Origin: an uncultured delta proteobacterium | GTDB taxonomy: Bacteria > Myxococcota_A > Polyangia > Polyangiales > B10-G4 | Assembly (NCBI GenBank): GCA_963727445.1 | Contig: CAVSGI010000009.1 | Coordinates: forward strand, 448,001 to 512,000 | Reading direction: 5' to 3' | Length of the DNA stretch: 64,000 bases | Shown here: positions 39,559 through 52,065 of the stretch, in pieces | How the letters are laid out: every line of letters starts with the position of its first letter | How positions within the stretch are numbered: position 1 is the first letter of the stretch | Position numbers and translations under genes: made by a program | The notes under the pieces: model-generated | Seen by the model: only the letters and a program-made list of their open reading frames with translations | What the model was told of the DNA's origin: nothing | Databases searched by the model: none

Positions 39559-39725
39559 TCTAGTGCCTGGTCCAATGAGGTGGAAGGGGAGATCGCGACG
39601 GGCGTCGGTCGCGTCGCAAGGAGGGAAATCGAAGGACGTGCAGCGCACATTCGAGGTTTCCCGACGCCGCGAGGCGGCCGACGAACGAGCGAGAACCCTT
39701 CTACGTCATTGGACCAGGCACTAGA
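39559..39725. mobile_element. MITE-like non-autonomous element (167 bp) with terminal inverted repeats and CTAG at both ends
   Basis: TCTAGTGCCTGGTCCAATGA (39559-39578) is the exact reverse complement of TCATTGGACCAGGCACTAGA (39706-39725). The match extends to ~30 bp with 2 mismatches. Intergenic, non-coding, internally self-complementary. Confidence 0.8.
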
Positions 39726-39734
39726 CTTCTGTCC

Positions 39735-41483
39735 GTGCGCTACGTCCTCTTCGCGTGCTTGATGGTGCTCGGCGCGTGCGGCGACGCCAGCGGCGAGGTG
39801 GGCGACGCAGACGCGCGGGCTGACGCGCGGATGGATGGTGGAGCGATCGACGCGGCCAGCGATGCGCCACTCGGCAGTGACGGCGCCCCGTTGGACGCGG
39901 ACGCGGAGGCCGATGCGAGTACGCCCACCGTCACCTGGTTCGAGGACATCTCCCTGTCAGCGGGGATCGATCTGGTCCGCGTGGCTGCCGAGGACTACGA
40001 CAGCGTGCCCGATCGCATGAGCGGCGGCGTCTGCGTGATCGACGTCGACGGCGTTGCGCCCCTCGACCTCTTCTTCGCCTTCCGGCCTTCGGCCGCCAGC
40101 AAGTCCGTGCTCTACGTGGGCCGGGGGAGCCTCGACTACCTGGACGAGACGACGGAGCGTGGCCTGTCGAACGTGGGAGACGCCACCGGATGCCTGGCCT
40201 TCGACGCCGAGGGGGATGGCGACGACGACCTGCTGGTGACCGGCAAAGGGTCGCTTCGCCTCTTCGAGAACGAAGGGGGGAGCTTCACCGACGTCAGCAG
40301 CGCCCTGTTGGGGTGGGCGCCGGATCCGCGCGATTTCTACGCGAGCGCGGCGGCCGGTGACGTCGATGGAGACGGCGACCTCGACCTGGTGGTGGCGGGC
40401 ATGATCCGCCACGACCCCGCCGGGATGGCGGCCCTCTGCGGCGCCGTGCCCTGCGCGGCGGAGCTCACCAACTTCCAGCCGATCCCTTCGCTCCTCTTCA
40501 TCCGCCGCGCCGACGGCCGATACGACGAGCGCGCCGCGACCGAAGCTCCCGACCTCGTGCGGGAGGAGCCGACGTTGGTCGTGGCCGTGCGCGACTTCGA
40601 CGAGGACGCACGGCCCGACATCTACGTCGGCAACGACATCGGCATCGTCTTCCGCGACCGCGTCCTGTCGCGACGGATCGACGGGACGCTCCGCGACGTC
40701 GCCGAAGACCTGGGCCTCGCGTACAACCGCGTGGGGTACGGCATCGACACCATGGGGTTCGCGAGCGGCGACCTGGATGGTGATGGAGACCTCGATCACG
40801 TGGAGTCGAGCTTCGAGGGCGACGCGACCGCGGTCTTCGTCTGTGATGCGTTCTGTGAGGACCAGGCCGCGCGTGCCGGCACCGGCGCGCTCTCGGACTC
40901 CTTCCGGTGGGCGGTGGCCCTCGGCGATCTGGACCTCGACGGCGACCTCGATCTCCTGGAAGCCGCGGGGCACTACTACGACGACGACGAGATCGTGGCG
41001 CTGGGCTGGGCCATGGGGCGCGCGCAGCCGATGAACCTTCTCGAAGGCGTGGGAGACGCGACCTTCCGCGATGCGCGGCGCGCGCCTTCGGATGCGAGCC
41101 TCGTGGCGGGCGCCGAACGCTCCCTGGTCCTGGTCGATCTCGACGACGACGGTCGGCTCGACGCGGTGACGGCACCGGCGGTCGGCCCAGCGCGGGTGCT
41201 TCACAACGTGCGCGAAGGAGGGCACTTCCTCCGCGTGGCGCTCGAGGGCCGGGCGCCGAACCGAGACGCGGTGGGGGCGAGGGTTCTGGTCCACGCCGGC
41301 GCCGCGACGCTCACGCGCGTCCAGAGCCGCGGCGAGGGATACCTCGGGAGCGGCGATCCGCGCCTGCATTTCGGGCTCGCGGAGAGCGCGCCCGTCAGCG
41401 TCGAGGTCATCTGGCCTGGTGGCAGCTCCACCACTCGGGAGGCGGTGGCCGTCGATACCGAGATTGTCCTCCGGGAGCCCTGA
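39735..41483 (+). CDS. CRTAC1/ASPIC-UnbV family FG-GAP repeat lipoprotein
   Basis: Lipobox LGAC. Many DxDGDGDLD repeats. C-terminal 'NRDAVGARV...GYLGS.D.RLHFGL...VIWPGG'. Confidence 0.88.
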   Translation: MRYVLFACLMVLGACGDASGEVGDADARADARMDGGAIDAASDAPLGSDGAPLDADAEADASTPTVTWFEDISLSAGIDLVRVAAEDYDSVPDRMSGGVCVIDVDGVAPLDLFFAFRPSAASKSVLYVGRGSLDYLDETTERGLSNVGDATGCLAFDAEGDGDDDLLVTGKGSLRLFENEGGSFTDVSSALLGWAPDPRDFYASAAAGDVDGDGDLDLVVAGMIRHDPAGMAALCGAVPCAAELTNFQPIPSLLFIRRADGRYDERAATEAPDLVREEPTLVVAVRDFDEDARPDIYVGNDIGIVFRDRVLSRRIDGTLRDVAEDLGLAYNRVGYGIDTMGFASGDLDGDGDLDHVESSFEGDATAVFVCDAFCEDQAARAGTGALSDSFRWAVALGDLDLDGDLDLLEAAGHYYDDDEIVALGWAMGRAQPMNLLEGVGDATFRDARRAPSDASLVAGAERSLVLVDLDDDGRLDAVTAPAVGPARVLHNVREGGHFLRVALEGRAPNRDAVGARVLVHAGAATLTRVQSRGEGYLGSGDPRLHFGLAESAPVSVEVIWPGGSSTTREAVAVDTEIVLREP

Positions 41484-41484
41484 G

Positions 41485-42285
41485 ATGCCCGAGGGCGACA
41501 CCATCAAGAGGCTCGCCCTCGCCCTGCGCCCCAACCTCGAAGGCGCGGTGATCGACGCTCTCTGGACACGCGTCGGCGGAGACGCGCGAGAGCTCGAGGG
41601 GCGCCGCGTCGAGCGCGTCGAGGCGATCGGCAAGCACCTGCTTCTGCGCATCGAAGGCGAGCTCGGCCTCCGCGCCCACCTCGGCATGAAGGGCAGCGTG
41701 CATCGATATCGCCCGAGCGAGCCCTGGCGCAAGGCGCGCGACCGCGCGGCGGCGACGCTGTCGACGAAGGAGCTCGTCTTCGTCTTCTTCGACCTCGCCC
41801 AGGTGGAGCTCCTCGACGTGCGCAGGCTCGCGACCCATCCGCGCCTGTCGAAGCTCGGCCCCGACCTCCTCGCGGAGGAGGTCGACGAGGCGTCGATCGT
41901 CGCGCGGGCGAGGAAGAGCAGCACGACGACCGCGGCGGAGCTCCTCCTCGATCAGCGCGTGGCCGCGGGCATCGGCAACGTCTACAAGAGCGAGGTGCTC
42001 TTCCTCGAGCGCATCGATCCTTTCACCGCGCTCGATGCGCTCGCCGACGCCGATCTATTGCGGCTCTACCGTCGCGGGCGGGCGCTCCTCTCCGCCAACA
42101 TCACCCCGGGGCCGCGCACCACCGTGCCCGCATCCCTCCGCGCGGCAGGCTATCCGAGGCTGTGGGTCTACGACCGGAAGGGACGGCCCTGTCTTCGATG
42201 CAACGCGCCCATCGAGCGGCGACACCACGGCGCCGATGCCCGCGCGACCTTCTTCTGCCCGCGCTGTCAGCGGGTCGAATCGTGA
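41485..42285 (+). CDS. nei: Fpg/Nei family DNA glycosylase (Nei-type)
   Basis: MPEGDT N-terminus, GKHL, HLGMKG, LLDQ..AGIGNVYKSEVLF (H2TH), zinc finger CLRC...CPRCQ. Confidence 0.88.
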   Translation: MPEGDTIKRLALALRPNLEGAVIDALWTRVGGDARELEGRRVERVEAIGKHLLLRIEGELGLRAHLGMKGSVHRYRPSEPWRKARDRAAATLSTKELVFVFFDLAQVELLDVRRLATHPRLSKLGPDLLAEEVDEASIVARARKSSTTTAAELLLDQRVAAGIGNVYKSEVLFLERIDPFTALDALADADLLRLYRRGRALLSANITPGPRTTVPASLRAAGYPRLWVYDRKGRPCLRCNAPIERRHHGADARATFFCPRCQRVES

Positions 42286-42297
42286 TAACGTCTCGGG

Positions 42298-43260
42298 ATG
42301 CGTACCTCGTTCGCGTCGGTCCTGATCGTCGTCCTCTCTTCGGCCTGCGGCGGCGATGACGCAGCGCCCGACGCCTCCTCCGACGCGAGCGCGGACGCCA
42401 TCGTCGACACCAGCGTGACCCTCGACAGCGCGCCCGGGGACACGGGCGCGATGGGTGATGCGACGCCGACGGACGGCGCCATGGATGCGGTCGTCGACGC
42501 CGGCCCGCCGGTGAGCAGCGGGTGCGTGGACGGCGCGGGGCTCGACGAGGGCGAGCACACCTTCATGCTCGACGGGCTGATGCGCCGCTACATCCTGCGC
42601 CTGCCGAACGGCTACACCCGGGATCGAGCCTGGCCGCTGGTGCTCGCCCTTCACGGCAACGGCGGCAGCGCCAGCTACTGGGACGGGACCAGCGGCAGCC
42701 GCAACATCCGCGGCGTCCTTCAGGACGACGCCATCCTCATCATCGCCGAAGCCATCGACGGGCAGTGGCGCGACTACTCGATGGATCCGAGCACCTGGCC
42801 GCCGCGCATCGAGATGGAGCTGGCCTACTTCGAAGAGGTGCTCTCGCAGGCGCGCACCGACCTCTGCATCGCCGAGAGCTCGATCTTCAGCATGGGCTTC
42901 AGCGGCGGCGGCTCCTTCTCCGGTGTGCTCGGGTGTCGGCGCGACGACATCCGGGCGATCGCCGTGGGCGGGTCGGTGATCTACTTCGACGAGGCGGACT
43001 GCGTCGGATACCCCGCGGCCTGGATCACCATCGGCGAGATGGAGCTGACAAGCGGGCGCGAGGCCTACCGCGACTGGTTCCGTGACCGCGGTGGATGCAG
43101 CGATACCACCATGCCCACCGACCCCGATCCGCCATGCGTGGCCTACGACGGCTGCAATCCCGACACGCCGGTGCACTACTGCCAGCACCCGGACGGACAC
43201 ATCTGGCCCGACTTCGCCAGCGACGCGATGTGGGCCTTCTTCTCGCGCTTCGTGGACTGA
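42298..43260 (+). CDS. Lipoprotein alpha/beta-hydrolase (LpqC/feruloyl-esterase/PHB-depolymerase-like)
   Basis: Lipobox SSAC plus acidic linker. PLVLALHG, nucleophile GFSGGG, C-terminal GHIWP...MWAFF. Confidence 0.8.
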   Translation: MRTSFASVLIVVLSSACGGDDAAPDASSDASADAIVDTSVTLDSAPGDTGAMGDATPTDGAMDAVVDAGPPVSSGCVDGAGLDEGEHTFMLDGLMRRYILRLPNGYTRDRAWPLVLALHGNGGSASYWDGTSGSRNIRGVLQDDAILIIAEAIDGQWRDYSMDPSTWPPRIEMELAYFEEVLSQARTDLCIAESSIFSMGFSGGGSFSGVLGCRRDDIRAIAVGGSVIYFDEADCVGYPAAWITIGEMELTSGREAYRDWFRDRGGCSDTTMPTDPDPPCVAYDGCNPDTPVHYCQHPDGHIWPDFASDAMWAFFSRFVD

Positions 43261-43270
43261 GCGGCCGGCC

Positions 43271-47717
<4,447 letters not shown>

Positions 47718-47881
47718 CGCTGACGAGCCTGGGCCGAATGTTCAGGGGCGTAAAGCGGGCCTCGAAGGTCTGTTGCCAGCGGTGTGGCAGGGGCTGAACA
47801 CCCGTCCCCAAAGAGGGCTAAGGGCCCTGTTTCAGACGGCTTTCTGGACAGAGGTCATGGAGCTGTGCAACTCTCGTACAC

Positions 47882-49735
47882 GTGAGACACATTACTTGGC
47901 TGTTGGTCGTCTTTGCGGCCATCGCCTGTAGTGAGGGCGATCCGCAAAGCTTAACGACCCCGAACGATTTCTCCGAAGGCTTCGCCGCCGACGTCCTCGT
48001 GGCCGTGGAGCGTCCCAACCGGGACGAGCCGGCCATCTCTCCCGATTCCCGTCCACCAGTGTTCGCGGACCAGGCGCCGCCTCCGATCATCGGCGGCACC
48101 ATCGCCGCCAGCCGGGACGGATCCCGTGTCGTGATCGCCGATCCCGATCGCGATCAGGTCTGGATGGTGGCGCTCCCGAGCGGCGCCATCCTCGCCCAAC
48201 ACGATCTCGAGCCCCACACCATGCCGGGGCGCGTGATCGAAGACGAGCGTGGTTACTTCCACGTGGCCCTCCGCCGCGCGGGCAAGGTGATCAGCCTGAG
48301 CCCCGATGGCGACATCGCGCTCAGCCGCCAGGTCTGCGCCGCGCCTCGCGGCCTCGCAGCCGACGGCGAGGCCCTTCACGTCGCCTGCGCCGAAGGGCTC
48401 CTCGTGACGCTGCGCGCGGAAGGCGGACCGGCCACGCGCGTCCTCGCGCTCGAGCCCGATCTCCGCGACGTGGTGGTGGACGAGACGAGCGGCGACCTGG
48501 CCGTCAGCCTCTTCCGCCGCGCCGAGGTGCTGTTCCTCGACAGCGACGGCGCGGTGGTCATGCGCCGCAGGCCGCCGGTGCACGAAAACCGCGCCGGGGA
48601 GCTCTTCGAGCCCAACGTCGCGTGGCGCATGCGCCCAGCGCCGGGTGGCGGGGTGCTTCTCCTCCACCAGCGTTCGCAGTCGACGCCCCTTGCCCTCGAC
48701 GCCGGCGACGCCGGATACCAGAGCAGCGAGTGCTCCGTCGGTGTGGTTCAGTCGGTGATGACGCGGCTGCGCCGCGACTCCGAGCCGACCGAGGCACCCG
48801 CCATCACTGGCCTCTCTCTGGCGGTCGACTTCGACCTCATGGGCGATCTCGCGGTGGTCGTCGCGCCCGGTGTCCTCGACACCCCGCGCCCGGGCCTCGT
48901 CATGCGGTCGCGTCACCAAGGGCGCTATCTCGACATGGAAGAGGCCACCGCCACAGGTGGGCCGGGTCGATGCGTCACCGGGCCGTCGATCCCCGCAGAC
49001 TTCGACGCGCACCTCAGCGGCGTGGCCGCGCTCCCCACGGGCGAGTGGCTCTTCCAGGGTCGCGAGCCGGCGGTCGTGGTGCGTGACGGAGACGTGGTGA
49101 CGAGCCTACCCACGGGATCGGTCGCCGACGACGGTCACGCCTTCTTCCATCAGAAGCCCGGCGTGGCCATCGCCTGCGCGTCCTGCCATCCGGAAGGTGG
49201 CGACGACGGTCACACCTGGAACTTCGTGGGCCTCGGCCCGCGTCGCACCCTGACCCTGCGCGGTCCCATCCTGGACAGCGCGCCCTTCCACTGGGGTGGC
49301 GAGGTGCCGAGCTTCGACGTGCTCGCGCATTCGACCATCGAGCAGCGCATGGGCGGTCCGGGGATGCAGGGCATGTTCGTGAGCGGGATGGCGCGCTTCG
49401 TCGAGGCGATCCCTCATCTCCCACGGGCCGTCCCCGAGGATCCGGACGCGGTGGAGCGCGGCGCGGCGATCTTCGCCTCCGCCGAGACCGGCTGCACCGA
49501 CTGTCATCGAGGCGAGCGGCTCAGCGACGACCTCACGGTGGACGTCGGCACCGGCGGGCTCTTCCAGACCCCGGGCCTGCGCGGCCTGAGGTATCGCGCG
49601 CCCTACATGCACGACGGCTGCGCCGAGACGCTTCACGACGTCTTCGACGCGTGCCGCGGCAACCTCCACGGCGACGTGGATCGCCTGAGCGACGCGGACG
49701 AGAGCGACCTGGTCGCCTTCCTGCTGTCGATCTGA
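47882..49735 (+). CDS. Lipoprotein with YVTN-like beta-propeller and di-heme cytochrome c (CcP/MauG-like) domain
   Basis: Lipobox AIAC. CASCH and CTDCH heme motifs, PFHW.G, TPGLRGL..RAPYMHDG, DLVAFL. Confidence 0.8.
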   Translation: MRHITWLLVVFAAIACSEGDPQSLTTPNDFSEGFAADVLVAVERPNRDEPAISPDSRPPVFADQAPPPIIGGTIAASRDGSRVVIADPDRDQVWMVALPSGAILAQHDLEPHTMPGRVIEDERGYFHVALRRAGKVISLSPDGDIALSRQVCAAPRGLAADGEALHVACAEGLLVTLRAEGGPATRVLALEPDLRDVVVDETSGDLAVSLFRRAEVLFLDSDGAVVMRRRPPVHENRAGELFEPNVAWRMRPAPGGGVLLLHQRSQSTPLALDAGDAGYQSSECSVGVVQSVMTRLRRDSEPTEAPAITGLSLAVDFDLMGDLAVVVAPGVLDTPRPGLVMRSRHQGRYLDMEEATATGGPGRCVTGPSIPADFDAHLSGVAALPTGEWLFQGREPAVVVRDGDVVTSLPTGSVADDGHAFFHQKPGVAIACASCHPEGGDDGHTWNFVGLGPRRTLTLRGPILDSAPFHWGGEVPSFDVLAHSTIEQRMGGPGMQGMFVSGMARFVEAIPHLPRAVPEDPDAVERGAAIFASAETGCTDCHRGERLSDDLTVDVGTGGLFQTPGLRGLRYRAPYMHDGCAETLHDVFDACRGNLHGDVDRLSDADESDLVAFLLSI

Positions 49736-50883
49736 GACACGACCCGATCACGGAGCGCATCGAGCGCATCGACGAAGCGAGCAGGCGCGTGGTGTTGGCG
49801 GACGTAGTCCCGCCCCCGCGCGCCCAGCTCTTCCGTCGACCGGGGCGCCGAAAGCAGGACTCGCGCGCACGACGCGAGGGACGCCGCGTCGTCGTCGACG
49901 GCGAGCGCGACGGAGCCGCCCAGAGGGAGACCGGCTGCGGCGCGACGCGCGGCCACGGTGGGCACGCCCCGGGCCAGGGCGTCGAGGAGCTTGATGGGCA
50001 GCCCGCCCCTCGCGAGGCGCGGGATCAGCGCGACGTCGGCGGCGGCGTGGAGGCGGGCGCGTCCCGGCTCGTCGGCGGGCAGGGGAACGACGTCGAGGCG
50101 CTGGCCGACGCCAGCGCGGCGCGCCTCGCGGCGGAGCGGGGCCGGGTCGCTGGCGGTGGCGACGAGGAGGCGCGCTTCGGGGAGCGCGGCGAGCGCGGCG
50201 ACCATGAGCGGCCAGCCTTGATAGCGATCGAGGTTGCCCGCGTAGAGGAGGAGCTGCGCGTCATCGGACAGCGCGAGAGCCCGTCGCGCGGCGCGCCGTG
50301 CATCGACGCCGACGGGAGCCGGGACGGGCCAGGGCGGCGGCACGTAGGCGACGGGCAGGTCGGTCGCGTCTTCGAGCGCGTCGCGCAGCATGGGGGAGAT
50401 GGCGGCCACCGCGCGCGCCCGCTTGCAGAGCGCGCGGTCGACGGAGCGGCCGGCGTGCCCGAGGAGCGGCGTCAGCGACGGAGGCAGATAGGTGGGGAGC
50501 TCCGCGCCGAGGTCGGTGTGCGCGAAGAAGATGGCGGGGCCCGCGCCGGCGGCGAGGACGGCGGCCATCGCCTCGACGTGATGCGCGACGACGACGCGCG
50601 GTCGCAGCGTGCGGGCGGCGCTCGCGACGCTGCGCACGAGGAGGGCGTCGAGGACCAACTTGCGCGCCGAAGGACCGGAGCGGAGGGACGCGCGTCCGGG
50701 AAGCGACGGCGCGCGGTGGTGGGCGTAGGGACGCGCCTCGTCCGCGTCGCGTTCTGAGTCCCCGTAGGTGAGGAGGTGCGCGTCGGTGCCGTTCTCAGCC
50801 CGCGCGCGCAGCATCGCGTCGACCGCCGCCTGCGTGCCCTGGCGCGACGGGAAGGGGAGCGCGGCCACGTGGAGCTCGGGCAT
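49633..50883 (-). CDS. GT-B glycosyltransferase (family 4)
   Basis: PFPSRQG N-terminus, LLYAGNLDRYQG, ADVALIPR, GLPIKLLDALARGVP. The 3' end overlaps the convergent cytochrome gene by 103 nt. Confidence 0.85.
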   Translation of the reverse strand: MPELHVAALPFPSRQGTQAAVDAMLRARAENGTDAHLLTYGDSERDADEARPYAHHRAPSLPGRASLRSGPSARKLVLDALLVRSVASAARTLRPRVVVAHHVEAMAAVLAAGAGPAIFFAHTDLGAELPTYLPPSLTPLLGHAGRSVDRALCKRARAVAAISPMLRDALEDATDLPVAYVPPPWPVPAPVGVDARRAARRALALSDDAQLLLYAGNLDRYQGWPLMVAALAALPEARLLVATASDPAPLRREARRAGVGQRLDVVPLPADEPGRARLHAAADVALIPRLARGGLPIKLLDALARGVPTVAARRAAAGLPLGGSVALAVDDDAASLASCARVLLSAPRSTEELGARGRDYVRQHHAPARFVDALDALRDRVVSQIDSRKATRSLSSASLRRSTSPWRLPRHASKTS

Positions 50884-51014
50884 TGGCCGCCATTGTAGAG
50901 ACGCGCGCGGGCGCGTCCACCGGGCGTGCTCGGTCGGCCTGGACCCGGCGTCGTTCGCCGCCTTGGGCAGACGGCTCGTAGGTCGTGGTGGAACGAGAGC
51001 GAATTCGGTGAGGT

Positions 51015-51785
51015 TCAGGCGCTCGCGACGGCCATCTCGATGCCGACGTGCGCGAGGCCGGGCAGGACCACGTCGCGGATCGTCTCGTCCACGGCGCGGA
51101 TCAGGCGCGCGCGCGACGGGTAGCCGTGCGCTGGGACGCCGGCTTCGGGGAGCGCGCCGATGCGGTCGTGCCACACGCCTCGGTTGATCTTGACCAACCG
51201 CGCGGCCCATGCGCTGACGCCCGCACGGATCTCGTCGCTCACGGCGTCCGAGGCGAAGTGAGCCCAGCCGACGCGCGCGTGGTCGACCTCGTCGGCGAGG
51301 TGCTCGCGCTGGATGGCGCGCACGAGCGGCGCTTCCGACGTCTCGAGACACGCCTCGACGAAGCCGGCGGCGATGGTCTCGTTCAGACAGCAGAGCCCGA
51401 AGACGTGCAGGTGCATCCGCAGGGCCTCGCTCGCGCCTTCGTGTGCCGGCATGCCGACCCGCTTCGGGCGCGGCATCTCGATCGCGCGGCCGAGATAGGC
51501 TTCGGCGAGCAGGCGGCAGAGCTCGGCGTGACGGACCTCGTCGTGCGCGGCCTTGGTGGCGAGGCGGATCACCAACGGGTCGGCGCCCAGCCTGTAGAGA
51601 TGGGTGACGACGATGGCGAAACCCGAGCCCGCGCCCAGCTCGCTCCGCGCGCGCTCCGCCCAGATCTCGCCGATCTGGCGGCGCGTGTCGGGATCGAGAG
51701 CCTCGATCTGCGGATCGTGATCGGGGAGCGGGCGACGGGTGAGGGGGCCGGGCTTGGCGGGGGAAAGGACGCGCGGCGCGGTCAC
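51015..51785 (-). CDS. Ferritin-like (AurF/desaturase-class) diiron-carboxylate protein
   Basis: Ligand pattern E49 ... E83xxH86 ... E136 ... E166xxH169. No signal peptide. The start overlaps the upstream stop (GTGA). Confidence 0.78.
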   Translation of the reverse strand: MTAPRVLSPAKPGPLTRRPLPDHDPQIEALDPDTRRQIGEIWAERARSELGAGSGFAIVVTHLYRLGADPLVIRLATKAAHDEVRHAELCRLLAEAYLGRAIEMPRPKRVGMPAHEGASEALRMHLHVFGLCCLNETIAAGFVEACLETSEAPLVRAIQREHLADEVDHARVGWAHFASDAVSDEIRAGVSAWAARLVKINRGVWHDRIGALPEAGVPAHGYPSRARLIRAVDETIRDVVLPGLAHVGIEMAVASA

Positions 51786-52036
51786 AGGATGAGGACCATG
51801 CTGTCGCCGTCCGCGGCGTCTGCGCTCGCATCGGAGGGCATCATCGCGTCGAGCATGGTGGTCGCATCGCCGGCGTCGGCCACTGCGCTGTCCATCGCTG
51901 CGCTGTCCACTCCGCTGTCCACCGTCATCGACGTATCGGCGGCGGCGTCGGATGCGCCGTCGTCACCGCTGCACGCGGTGGAGGTGAGGGCGGCGCCGAG
52001 GACGACGATGGTGTGGAAGAGCTTTTGCGGTCTCAC
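51782..52036 (-). CDS. 84-aa lipoprotein: signal peptide, D/A/S/M-rich linker, C-terminal MVLIL
   Basis: MRPQKLFHTIVVLGAALTSTAC(22)-SGDDGASD...DGDSMVLIL*. TATAGT-N6-GTG. Alternative start ATG 52054. Confidence 0.72.
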   Translation of the reverse strand: MRPQKLFHTIVVLGAALTSTACSGDDGASDAAADTSMTVDSGVDSAAMDSAVADAGDATTMLDAMMPSDASADAADGDSMVLIL

Positions 52037-52065
52037 GTGGCGACTATATCGCATCCCGTGACCGC

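Noticed and set aside
50884..51831. Apparent fusion/extension of the glycosyltransferase (732-aa ORF)
   Set aside because: Off-frame overlap of the ferritin-like gene. The GT has its own TACAAT box and ATG at 50883.
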